From Alphaproteobacteria bacterium (GTDB lineage Bacteria; Pseudomonadota; Alphaproteobacteria; UBA828), in assembly GCA_022826665.1 (NCBI GenBank), contig JAJDUK010000043.1:4047-68046 (forward strand): a DNA stretch of 64,000 bases. The letters are read 5' to 3'. This document shows positions 55,747-64,000 of this stretch, piece after piece; the stretch's first letter is position 1, and every line of letters begins with the position of its first letter. Both the position numbers and the translations under genes were made by a program. The notes beneath the pieces are model-generated. The model was not told the DNA's origin. It was given only the letters and a program-made list of their open reading frames with translations, and searched no databases.

Positions 55747-57057
55747 ATGACGACCGAGAACCGCAGGGCAAAGGGTGCCGGCCGCACCCGTCGTGAAATC
55801 CTGAAAGCAGGCGCCGCCGGCGCCGTGGGGACCGCCGCGCTCAGCGCAGGCTTCCCCTCCATTGTCCGCGCTGCGGACACGGTGCGGATCGGCTACGTCA
55901 GCCCCAAGACCGGGCCGCTCGCGCCCTTCGCCGTTTCCGACGAGTTCAACGTCGCCACGGTGCTGGAGGCCATCGGCGGCAAGGTCGAGTCCGGCGGCAA
56001 GAGCCTCGATGTCGAGATCATCGTCAAGGACAGCCAGTCGAACCCGAACCGCGCAGCCGAGGTGGCGAGCGAACTGATCCTCTCCGACGAGGTGCACCTG
56101 CTCTGCGCCGGCAACACGCCGGAGACCACCAACCCGGTCGCCGACCAGGCCGAGATCAACGAGGTCCCCTGCGTCACCACGCTCTGCCCGTGGCAGCCCT
56201 ACTTCTTCGGCCGCGGCGGCAATCCGGCGGAGGGCTTCCAGTGGACCTACCACTATTTCTGGGGGCTGGAGGACGTGATTGCGGTCTTCCTCAACCTCTG
56301 GGCCAAGATCGAAACCAACAAGGTTGTCGGCGGGCTCTTCCCCAACGACGGCGACGGCAATGCCTGGGGCCATCCCGAGCTGGGCTTCCCCAAGCCGCTC
56401 GCGGCCGCCGGCTATACCCTGATCGATCCGGGCCGCTATCAGAACCTCTCCGACGACTTCTCGGCCCACATTTCCGAGTTCAAGGAAAACGGCGTCGAGA
56501 TCGTCACCGGCGTCGTGCTGCCGCCGGACTTCACCACCTTCTGGACTCAGGCCGCGCAGCAGGGCTTCCGGCCCAAGGCGGCGACCGTGGGCAAGGCGCT
56601 GCTCTTCCCTGAGGCGATTGGGGCGCTCGGCGACGCCGGGCACAACCTGAGCTCCGAAATCTGGTGGAGCCCCTCGCACCCCTTCACCTCGAGCATCACC
56701 GGCCAGACCTGCGGCGAGCTCGCCGCCGCCTTCACCGCCGCCACGGGCAAGCAGTGGAGCCAACCGGTGGGTTACGGCCACTCGATCTTCGAGGTGGCGC
56801 TGGACGTCGTGAGCCGGGCCGAGGATGTCAGCGATCCTGAGGCCATGCTGGCGTCCATCGTCGCCACCAACATCTCGACGATCGCAGGCCCGGTCTCGTG
56901 GGGCTCGGGCCCGGTGAAGAACGTCGCAAAGATGCCGCTGGTGGGCGGCCAATGGCGGCGCACGCCGGACGGCCCATTCGACCACGACCTCATCGTCACG
57001 TCCAACGAGACGGCGCCGGACGTTCCTGTCGGCGGCGATATGGAAGTCATCGGCTAG
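55747..57057 (+). CDS. Liv-family ABC transporter substrate-binding protein (Tat signal)
   Basis: ATG preceded by [34 protein letters not shown] Tat signal, then a type I PBP fold. Confidence 0.85.
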   Translation: MTTENRRAKGAGRTRREILKAGAAGAVGTAALSAGFPSIVRAADTVRIGYVSPKTGPLAPFAVSDEFNVATVLEAIGGKVESGGKSLDVEIIVKDSQSNPNRAAEVASELILSDEVHLLCAGNTPETTNPVADQAEINEVPCVTTLCPWQPYFFGRGGNPAEGFQWTYHYFWGLEDVIAVFLNLWAKIETNKVVGGLFPNDGDGNAWGHPELGFPKPLAAAGYTLIDPGRYQNLSDDFSAHISEFKENGVEIVTGVVLPPDFTTFWTQAAQQGFRPKAATVGKALLFPEAIGALGDAGHNLSSEIWWSPSHPFTSSITGQTCGELAAAFTAATGKQWSQPVGYGHSIFEVALDVVSRAEDVSDPEAMLASIVATNISTIAGPVSWGSGPVKNVAKMPLVGGQWRRTPDGPFDHDLIVTSNETAPDVPVGGDMEVIG

Positions 57058-57111
57058 GGAGCAAGACCTGCGGAGGGCGCCCCCGGCGCCGCTCCGCAGG
57101 CGCGTGCCGGC

Positions 57112-57837
57112 ATGACGGCGCTGATCGCGCTGGAGGGCGTTTCCAAGAGCTTCGGCTCGGTCAGGGCGACCGACCAGTTCAGCATGGAGCTTGAGGACGG
57201 CGAGGCGCTCGGCGTCATCGGCCCCAACGGCGCCGGCAAGAGCACCATGTTCAACATCATCACCGGCGCGGTGCGGCCGAACGCGGGGCGCGTGCTCTTC
57301 GCCGGCCGCGACATCACGCGGGCGCCCGCTCACGAGCGCTGCCGCATGGGGATCGGGCGCTCCTACCAGATCCCCCATCCATTCGCGAACATGACCGTGT
57401 TCGAGAACCTGCTGGTGGGCGCGGCCTTCGGCGGCAATCGTTCGGAAGCCGCCTGCTATGAGGACTGCCACGAAATCCTGGGGCGCACCGGCCTCTTGGA
57501 GAAGGCGAATGCGCTGGCCGGCGCGCTCACCCTGCTGGAACGCAAGCGGCTGGAGATGGCGCGCGCGCTCGCGACCCGGCCTCGCGTGTTGCTGCTGGAC
57601 GAGATCGCCGGCGGGCTGACCGAGCACGAGTGCGTCGCGCTGGTCGAGACCATCAAGACGATCCACCGCACCGGCGTCTCCATCGTCTGGATCGAGCACG
57701 TGGTCCACGCGCTGCTCTCGGTGGTGAGCCGCCTGATCGTCATCAACTTCGGCCAGAAGCTCGCCGAGGGCGACCCGCACCAGGTGATGGCGAGCGCCGA
57801 GGTGCAAGAGGTCTATATGGGGATCAGCGCCGAATGA
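57112..57837 (+). CDS. ABC transporter ATP-binding protein (LivG-like)
   Basis: Walker [15 protein letters not shown] Walker B. Confidence 0.9.
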   Translation: MTALIALEGVSKSFGSVRATDQFSMELEDGEALGVIGPNGAGKSTMFNIITGAVRPNAGRVLFAGRDITRAPAHERCRMGIGRSYQIPHPFANMTVFENLLVGAAFGGNRSEAACYEDCHEILGRTGLLEKANALAGALTLLERKRLEMARALATRPRVLLLDEIAGGLTEHECVALVETIKTIHRTGVSIVWIEHVVHALLSVVSRLIVINFGQKLAEGDPHQVMASAEVQEVYMGISAE

Positions 57838-58547
57838 GCGGGACGCCCGAGACGGTGCTGGCGACCCACGAGCTCACCGCCTTCTACGGCGATTTTCAAG
57901 CGCTCTTCGGCATCGACGTGCATGTGGGCCGGGGCGAGACGGTCGCCATCATCGGGGCCAACGGGGCGGGAAAGTCGACCTTCCTCAGGAGCGTGGTCGG
58001 GCAGCTTCCGTCCGAACGGGAGCAGGTCACCCACGAAGGCAAGCCTATCGGCCACCTGCAAGCGCACGAGATCGTGCGCCGGGGTATCGCGCTGGTGCCC
58101 GAGGGGCGGCTGCTCTTCCCCTCGCTCTCGGTCGAGGAGAACCTGCGTCTCGGCGCCTACGGCAAGCGCGCAGGCCCGTGGAAGATCGAGCGCGTGCACG
58201 AGCTGTTTCCGGTGTTGCGGGAGCGCCGCGCGACGCCCGGCACCGCGCTCAGCGGCGGCGAGCAGCAGATGTGCGCCATCGGCCGCGCGCTGATGAGTAA
58301 CCCGACGCTCTTGCTCTGCGACGAGCTCAGCCTGGGGCTCGCGCCGGTCATCATCCGGCAGATCTACGCCGTGCTGCCGGTGATCGTCTCCGAGGGGACC
58401 ACGATCGTCGTGGTCGAGCAGGACATCAACCAGGCGCTCGACGTCGCCGACCGCGTCTATTGCTTCCAGGAGGGCCGCGTGTCGCTCCAGGGCAGGCCGG
58501 ACGACCTCTCCCGCGAGGACGTCGCCACGGCCTACTTCGGGGTGTAA
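57834..58547 (+). CDS. ABC transporter ATP-binding protein (LivF-like)
   Basis: ATG overlaps the upstream stop (ATGA). Walker A GANGAGKST, LSGGEQQM signature. Confidence 0.9.
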   Translation: MSGTPETVLATHELTAFYGDFQALFGIDVHVGRGETVAIIGANGAGKSTFLRSVVGQLPSEREQVTHEGKPIGHLQAHEIVRRGIALVPEGRLLFPSLSVEENLRLGAYGKRAGPWKIERVHELFPVLRERRATPGTALSGGEQQMCAIGRALMSNPTLLLCDELSLGLAPVIIRQIYAVLPVIVSEGTTIVVVEQDINQALDVADRVYCFQEGRVSLQGRPDDLSREDVATAYFGV

Positions 58548-58563
58548 GGCGACCTGACCCGCG

Positions 58564-59433
58564 ATGGAGTGGCTCGACGCCATCATCCAGGGTGTGCTGC
58601 TGGGTGGGCTCTATGCGCTGTTCGCGACCGGGCTCTCGCTGATCTTCGGCGTGATGCGGCTGGTCAACATCGCGCATGGCGATCTGATCGTGCTCGCCGC
58701 CTTCCTCGGCCTCGCCATGGTCAACGGCACCGGCGTGCATCCGCTCATCAGCCTGGTCGTCATCGTGCCGGTGATGGCGGCGATCGGCTATGCGCTGCAG
58801 CGCGGCATCCTCAACCTCACGCTGGGCCGCGACATCCTGCCGCCGCTGCTGGTGACCTTCGGCCTCTCGATCATCATCCAGAACGTCCTGCTGGAGGTGT
58901 TCTCCGCCGACACGCAGCGGCTCAAGGCCGGCGCGCTGGAGACCGCGAGCATCGCCATCGGCGAGCAGATCGCCATCGGCTGGTTCCCGCTCATCGTCTT
59001 CCTCTCGGCGGTCGGCGTGATCGCGGCCTTGCAGCTCGTGCTCTTCCGCACCCGGCTGGGCACCGCCTTCCGCGCGACCTCCGACGACCACGAGACCGCG
59101 GCGCTGATGGGGATCGACAACCGCCACGTCTTCGCGCTCGCCATGGCGCTGGCGCTCGCGGTGGTCGCGCTCGCCGGCACCTTCATGGCGATCCGCACCA
59201 ACTTCTCGCCCGCCATCGGGCCGGCGCGGCTGCTCTACGCCTTCGAGGCGGTGATCATCGGCGGGTTGGGGAGCCTCTGGGGCACGTTGGCGGGAGGCGT
59301 AATCCTGGGCGTGGCCCAGGCCATCGGCGCGAAGTTCCACCCCGGCGGGCAAATCCTCGCTGGCCACGTGGCCTTCCTGATCGTGCTCGTGCTCCGGCCC
59401 AACGGGCTCTTCCCGCGCACGAGGGACCGGTGA
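58564..59433 (+). CDS. branched-chain amino acid ABC transporter permease (LivH-like)
   Basis: 289-aa polytopic LivH-type permease. Confidence 0.85.
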   Translation: MEWLDAIIQGVLLGGLYALFATGLSLIFGVMRLVNIAHGDLIVLAAFLGLAMVNGTGVHPLISLVVIVPVMAAIGYALQRGILNLTLGRDILPPLLVTFGLSIIIQNVLLEVFSADTQRLKAGALETASIAIGEQIAIGWFPLIVFLSAVGVIAALQLVLFRTRLGTAFRATSDDHETAALMGIDNRHVFALAMALALAVVALAGTFMAIRTNFSPAIGPARLLYAFEAVIIGGLGSLWGTLAGGVILGVAQAIGAKFHPGGQILAGHVAFLIVLVLRPNGLFPRTRDR

Positions 59434-60500
59434 GCGAGGGCGCCGCCACCTATCGCGTCGCGCGCGGCACGCGGGCGAGCCGCTACGGCGCGCTGGTCGC
59501 GATCGCAGGCCTCGCGGTCCTGATCTCGCTCCCGTTCTGGGGCGGGCGCGCGGACATGCGGACCATCGTCGAGATCGCCTACTACCTCGCCCTCGCACAG
59601 CTCTGGAACCTGCTCGCGGGCTACGCCGGGCTGGTCTCGGTCGGCCAGCAGGCCTTCCTGGGCCTCGGCGGCTACGCGCTCTTCGTCTTCGCGATGAACG
59701 CGGGCGTCCACCCTATCGCGGCGATCCCGCTCGCGGGCATCGCGGCCGCGCTCTTCGCCGTGCCGACCGCGTTTATCGTGTTCCGCCTGCGGGGCGCCTA
59801 TTTCGCCATCGGCACCTGGGTGGTGGCGGAGGTCTACATGCTCTCCTTCGCCCAGGTGTCTGCGCTCGGCGGCGGCTCCGGCATGAGCCTGCCGGCGGCG
59901 GTGGTGAAGGGCATCGCCGCAGGCCGCATGTGGCGGGAGACGGCGATCTACTGGACCGGGATTGCCATCGCCGTCGGCGCCATCGCACTTGTCTACCTGC
60001 TGCTGCGCTCGCGCCACGGCCTCGCGCTGACCGCGATCCGCGATTCGGAGGAGGCGTCCAGCAGCCTCGGCGTCGACAATTTCCGCACCAAAATCTGGGT
60101 CTATATCGTCGCCGCCTTCGGCACCGGCATGGTCGGCGCGCTGGTGTTCCTGACCAAGCTCCGCATTTCGCCCGAGGCCGGCTTCAACGTCGTCGACTGG
60201 ACCGCCAACGTCATCTTCATCGTCGTGATCGGCGGCATCGGCACCATCGAAGGGCCGATCGTCGGGGTCATCGTCTTCTTCGTGCTGCGCGAGTTGCTGG
60301 CGGACTTCGGCAGCTGGTATCTGATTGTGCTCGGCGGGATTGCGGTGCTGATGATGTTGCGCGCGCCGCAGGGCGTCTGGGGCCTGATCGCCGAGCGCTT
60401 CGATATCCGGTTCTTCCCGGTGCAGCGGCGCCTCGTGTTCGATCCCGCGTCCTTCCGCTTCGTCGCGGACGACCGGGAAGAGGACAAGCGCGACCGGTGA
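59430..60500 (+). CDS. branched-chain amino acid ABC transporter permease (LivM-like)
   Basis: GTG start overlapping the upstream stop (GTGA). About 356 aa, polytopic. Confidence 0.85.
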   Translation: MSEGAATYRVARGTRASRYGALVAIAGLAVLISLPFWGGRADMRTIVEIAYYLALAQLWNLLAGYAGLVSVGQQAFLGLGGYALFVFAMNAGVHPIAAIPLAGIAAALFAVPTAFIVFRLRGAYFAIGTWVVAEVYMLSFAQVSALGGGSGMSLPAAVVKGIAAGRMWRETAIYWTGIAIAVGAIALVYLLLRSRHGLALTAIRDSEEASSSLGVDNFRTKIWVYIVAAFGTGMVGALVFLTKLRISPEAGFNVVDWTANVIFIVVIGGIGTIEGPIVGVIVFFVLRELLADFGSWYLIVLGGIAVLMMLRAPQGVWGLIAERFDIRFFPVQRRLVFDPASFRFVADDREEDKRDR

Positions 60501-60612
60501 TCCCCGACCCGCCTTTCCCACACACCGCAATGCCCGAATATGCCCGGACTCGTTCCGGATATCCGAGAATCGCCCTCATTTAACTCACTGAAAAGAGGAT
60601 AGAAACGTGGAT

Positions 60613-60631
60613 GGCCGGGACAAGTCCGGCC
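60613..60631 (-). terminator. possible intrinsic terminator hairpin between convergent operons
   Basis: GGCCGGG-acaag-TCCGGCC stem-loop (7 bp including one G-U pair). On the minus strand it is followed by a U-rich tract (ccacgUUUcUaUccUcUUUUcag). Confidence 0.3.
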
Positions 60632-60688
60632 ATGACGAGTTGGGGTGGTTTGCACCTGGATGGGAACGTTTCGAACGGGATTCCAGGG

Positions 60689-61504
60689 CTACTTGACGGC
60701 GCCGAGGGCGAGGCCGCGGATCATGTGCCGCTGAATCAGGAACACCACGATCAGCATCGGCACGAGCTGGATCACCACCGCCGCCGAGAGCGGCCCCCAG
60801 AGCACGTTGTAGAGGTCGATCATCTTGGCGATCTGAACGGGGATCGTGACCGCCTTGTAGCTCGTCAGATAAAGCGCGAAGAGGAACTCGTTCCAAGCGA
60901 AGACGAAGGTGAAGACCGCGGTGACCGCAATGCCCGAGGTCGCCATCGGCAGCATGATGCGCCAGATGATCGAGAACCAGCCGAGGCCGTCCAGCCGCGC
61001 CGCCTCCTCGACCTCGCGCGGCAGATCGAGCAGGAAGCCCCGCAGCAGCCACACCGCGAACGGCAGGCCATAGGCGACGTAGACGATGATCATGCCGAGG
61101 TGGCTGTCGGTGAGCCCGGTCCACTGCGCCATCAGGAAGTAGGGCAGCGCGATCACCACGCCCGGCATGAAGCGGAGCGAGAGAATCAGCAGCGACATCC
61201 CGTCGGCGCCCCGCATTTTCATCCGCGCCAGCGCGTAGGCCGAGATCAGCGCCAGGAACATCGTGATGATGGTGGAGACGATGACGATGATCGCGCTGTT
61301 GAGGATGGCCTGAGCGAAGTCGAAGCGTTCGAAGGTCGTGTGGTAGTGCTCCAGCGTCGGGTCGAAGGCGAACTGCGGCTTCGGGGCGTTGATGACGTTC
61401 GTCGGCTTCACCGAGGTCATCGCGATCCAGTAGAGCGGTGCCAGGTAGACCGCGACCACGACCACCGCGCCGACATCCAGGAATCGTCTGAGCGGCGTGC
61501 GCAT
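60689..61504 (-). CDS. carbohydrate ABC transporter permease (MalG/UgpE-like)
   Basis: 271 aa, six TM segments, EAA-loop region (EEAARLDGLGWFSIIWRIMLP). Confidence 0.85.
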   Translation of the reverse strand: MRTPLRRFLDVGAVVVVAVYLAPLYWIAMTSVKPTNVINAPKPQFAFDPTLEHYHTTFERFDFAQAILNSAIIVIVSTIITMFLALISAYALARMKMRGADGMSLLILSLRFMPGVVIALPYFLMAQWTGLTDSHLGMIIVYVAYGLPFAVWLLRGFLLDLPREVEEAARLDGLGWFSIIWRIMLPMATSGIAVTAVFTFVFAWNEFLFALYLTSYKAVTIPVQIAKMIDLYNVLWGPLSAAVVIQLVPMLIVVFLIQRHMIRGLALGAVK

Positions 61505-62448
61505 CAGGCGCTCACCTTCTGCCGCGTCGCCTTCTCCTGGCGGTGCAGGACGCGGAGGAAGCTGATCACCACGATGTTGATGGCGATCACCATCAGCACG
61601 CCGTAGGCCGCCATGACGCCGAGCCGGCCGGCGTGGAAGATCGAGTAGATGTTCATGCTGGCGAGCAGCGTGGAGGAGCCGGGCCCGCCCCGCGTGATGA
61701 TGAGAATCACGTCGAAGATGCGTATCTCATCGACCAGCCTGAGCAGCAGCACCACCGTCACCACCGGCCAGATCAGCGGCAGCACGATGCGGCGCAGATA
61801 GGTGAGGCCGCGCACGCGATCGAGCCGCGCGGCCTCGACCACCTCCGGCGATATCCCCTGCATGCCGGCGAGCAGGATGAGCGTGACGAAGGGCGTCCAC
61901 TGCCAGATGTCGACGATCATCACCGAGAGCAGGGCCGTGTCGGGGTGGGTGTGCCACAGGCTCTTCTCGAGGCCCACGCCCTGGAGCAGATAGTTGAGCA
62001 GGCCGCCGATGGGCTCGAACATCGCCCGCCAGGAGAGCCCGAGGGCGACGGGCGTGATGAACACCGGGATCACGATGAGGGTTCTCAGAATGCCGATGCC
62101 GCGCATGGTCGTGTCGAGCAGCATGGCGAGGAAGAGGCCCAGGATGAGCTGGACCGGCACCGTGATGGCGCACCAGATGCCGGCGAGCCGGAGCGTCTTC
62201 CAGAACGTGTCGTCGTTGAAGAAGAGGAATTCGAAGTTGCGCGGGCCGACCCAGCGCGCCGCCAGCGGGTTGAACAGGTTGTCGCTGCGGAACGCCGTCG
62301 CCACGGTCCACCCCAGGGGATAGACCGCGAGCCCGATCAGGATGAGGAGAGTCGGAAGGACGAGAAGGTACGCGATCCGATTCTCGCTCAGGTGAAGAAA
62401 AGGCTGGCGGCGCCCCCCGGAGGAGCCCGCCAGCCCTGGTACAGCCAT
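61504..62448 (-). CDS. carbohydrate ABC transporter permease (MalF/UgpA-like)
   Basis: 314 aa. EAA motif (VEAARLDRVRGLTYLRRIVLP). Stop overlaps the downstream start. Confidence 0.85.
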   Translation of the reverse strand: MAVPGLAGSSGGRRQPFLHLSENRIAYLLVLPTLLILIGLAVYPLGWTVATAFRSDNLFNPLAARWVGPRNFEFLFFNDDTFWKTLRLAGIWCAITVPVQLILGLFLAMLLDTTMRGIGILRTLIVIPVFITPVALGLSWRAMFEPIGGLLNYLLQGVGLEKSLWHTHPDTALLSVMIVDIWQWTPFVTLILLAGMQGISPEVVEAARLDRVRGLTYLRRIVLPLIWPVVTVVLLLRLVDEIRIFDVILIITRGGPGSSTLLASMNIYSIFHAGRLGVMAAYGVLMVIAINIVVISFLRVLHRQEKATRQKVSA

Positions 62449-62459
62449 GTAGCGAACGC

Positions 62460-63881
62460 TTAGTCGTAGTAGCCGTTATCCGCCATGATCTGACGCTGCG
62501 CCTCGTCGATGTCCACGAGCGCCTCTTCCATGCCCTTCTCGCCCGCGATCACCGCGGCGACATCGTTGCCGAGCGTGTCGGCGAGCGTGAAGGTCGGCGG
62601 CACCCAGACGAAGCCCGGCGTGCAGATCGGGATCGACCTGGCAAGCGCGTCGAAGTAGGGCTGCTTTTCCGCGTACTTGTTCAGCAGCGAAGTCCGCGCC
62701 GGCTGCCCGGCCGCGTTGACGAAGTCCTCGCCAATGCGGGTGTCGACGTAATCGCCCGAGCTCATGTGCTTGACCCACTCGAACGCCGCCCGCTGGTCGT
62801 CGCCGAAGCTGTTGACGTAGAAGCCGAAGCCGCCCATCAGCGGTTCCTGCTTGCTGATCTCGGTCTCGCCGCCGGGTACGACATCCGAGCGGAAGTTCGC
62901 GTGGTGATCCGTGAAGTTCGGATCCTGTAGCACCGAGGTGCCCCACTCCATCGGCGCGAACACGGCGGAGCCCTTGGCGAGCACCGAGTTCGCCTCTTCG
63001 TCCGTCGCGTTCATCGTGATCGGGTGGCGATATTCCATGAGCTTGAGCAGCATGGAGAACGCCTTGTGGCCGATCTCGGTGTTGAACTGCGGCTCCCAGT
63101 TCTCGTCGAACCAGACGCCGCCGTAGGAGCGGATCATCTGGTAGAGCTCGAGACCGGCGAAGAGGCCGCGGCGCCCGGTGGTGACGAAGCCGTAGATGTC
63201 GTTGTCAGGATCGTGCAGGGCCTTGCAGACCTCGATGGTCTCTTCCCAGGTCGTCGGGACCTGGGTGATGCCCGCCTCGTCGAACTTGTCCTGGCGGTAG
63301 TACATCAGCTTCGTGTTGCTATCGAAGGCGATGGACGCGTGGTGGCCCTCCGGCGTCTGCGGGAAGTTGTAGCCCACGGTGACGTTGGCCGGGACATCGG
63401 CGTGGTAGTCGTCCAGCCAGCCCTGGTCCTCGGCGAGCCAGTCGTCGAGGTTGAGCGGCGTGCCGATGGTGCCGATCGACGACATCACGTTGTGGTCGTT
63501 GATGGCGCAGTTGTAGGAGTCCGACTTGGACGCCGCGTAGACCTGCATCTTGGTGTAGGCCTCGCCCACCGGCTCCGCGATGATCTTCACGTTGACGTTG
63601 GGGAAGCGCTCCTTGAAGGTCGCGACCACGGCTTCGAGCGGCAGGCCCCAGCGCTGGCCCGCGAAGGTGTAGGCCACCACGTCGCCCTCGAGGCTGTCGT
63701 CGGTGTACCAGCCCGGCCCGTTGGTGTCGGACGCGCGCGCCCACTTCGGCGCGACGCCGACACCGGCCGCCGCAGCCATGGCCGCGGAAATCTGGAGCAT
63801 CTGACGGCGCGTGATCTTCGCCCGCATGTCGCGCGCGTGCTGCATGGATTGCTTGTAGAGAGTCTCTCTGTCCGTACCCAT
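62460..63881 (-). CDS. extracellular solute-binding protein family 1 (sugar ABC transporter SBP), Tat signal
   Basis: 473 aa. RRQMLQISAAMAAAAGVGVA Tat-type signal. Size and composition of family-1 SBPs. Confidence 0.8.
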   Translation of the reverse strand: MGTDRETLYKQSMQHARDMRAKITRRQMLQISAAMAAAAGVGVAPKWARASDTNGPGWYTDDSLEGDVVAYTFAGQRWGLPLEAVVATFKERFPNVNVKIIAEPVGEAYTKMQVYAASKSDSYNCAINDHNVMSSIGTIGTPLNLDDWLAEDQGWLDDYHADVPANVTVGYNFPQTPEGHHASIAFDSNTKLMYYRQDKFDEAGITQVPTTWEETIEVCKALHDPDNDIYGFVTTGRRGLFAGLELYQMIRSYGGVWFDENWEPQFNTEIGHKAFSMLLKLMEYRHPITMNATDEEANSVLAKGSAVFAPMEWGTSVLQDPNFTDHHANFRSDVVPGGETEISKQEPLMGGFGFYVNSFGDDQRAAFEWVKHMSSGDYVDTRIGEDFVNAAGQPARTSLLNKYAEKQPYFDALARSIPICTPGFVWVPPTFTLADTLGNDVAAVIAGEKGMEEALVDIDEAQRQIMADNGYYD

Positions 63882-64000
63882 GTGAACCTCCCCTGGGATT
63901 TCGTCGCGATGACTATAGCGCTGCGCCGTGGCGGGTGTACATGGCGGTAGTCTTTTGCATTTCCCTCAACGGCGGGCGCTGGCTTTTTCATTTCCCTCAA

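Noticed and set aside
58426-59598. 390-aa minus-strand ORF (Arg/Glu/Asp-rich) over the LivH-like permease
   Set aside because: Antisense to a bona fide polytopic permease. Composition (RRRR/DDRE runs) is typical of GC-rich frame noise.
60611-61606. 331-aa plus-strand ORF antisense to the MalG-like permease
   Set aside because: Highly charged low-complexity product (DHRRRER...), antisense to an ABC permease with a clear EAA loop.
1-64000. CRISPR arrays, insertion sequences, integrases, rRNA genes
   Set aside because: No regularly spaced direct repeats, no transposase/integrase/recombinase-like ORFs and no rRNA-like conserved segments were seen on reading either strand.

Overview
High-GC (about 68-70% by eye) alphaproteobacterial-type chromosomal segment (Rhizobiales-like gene content). 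Coding is dense on both strands, and many spurious antisense ORFs from GC-rich frames can be ignored. Recognisable content: (1) a CoA-transferase / acyl-CoA-dehydrogenase-like / MaoC / amidohydrolase catabolic cluster; (2) a minus-strand array with an alpha/beta hydrolase, FAD oxidoreductase, HEPN-MNT toxin-antitoxin pair, TPR-fusion protein and acyl-CoA synthetase; (3) a fadD-fadA-fadB beta-oxidation operon, followed after a 38-bp gap by a four-gene translationally coupled module (carbon-nitrogen hydrolase, NAD-epimerase-like, DapA-family aldolase, CmcJ/NvfI-like putative Fe/2OG oxygenase); (4) tRNA-Val(CAC) with a near-consensus promoter; (5) a long minus-strand amide-utilisation array (Liv/Urt-type ABC transporter, CRTAC1-family secreted protein, membrane desaturase, formamidase, GFA, VOC) divergent from an amidase-signature enzyme; (6) gpmI, OsmC, an LLM flavin monooxygenase and an SDR; (7) a lower-GC lipoprotein with a TbpB-like C-terminal barrel motif, followed by a G9 homopolymer and a HigB/HigA-type TA pair, then a SprT-like gene; (8) the conserved serS-surE-nlpD block (pcm absent), a DUF815 ATPase, a DinG-family helicase and class I lysK; (9) an AT-rich boundary followed by low-GC GT4 glycosyltransferases (LpcC-like LPS core) and an ELM1-like gene; (10) a second Liv-type ABC transporter and a sugar ABC transporter. 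No transposase, integrase, CRISPR array or rRNA was seen. The most interesting candidates are the coupled hydrolase-epimerase-aldolase-oxygenase module, the CRTAC1-desaturase pair embedded in the amide locus, and the low-GC lipoprotein/poly-G/TA patch.
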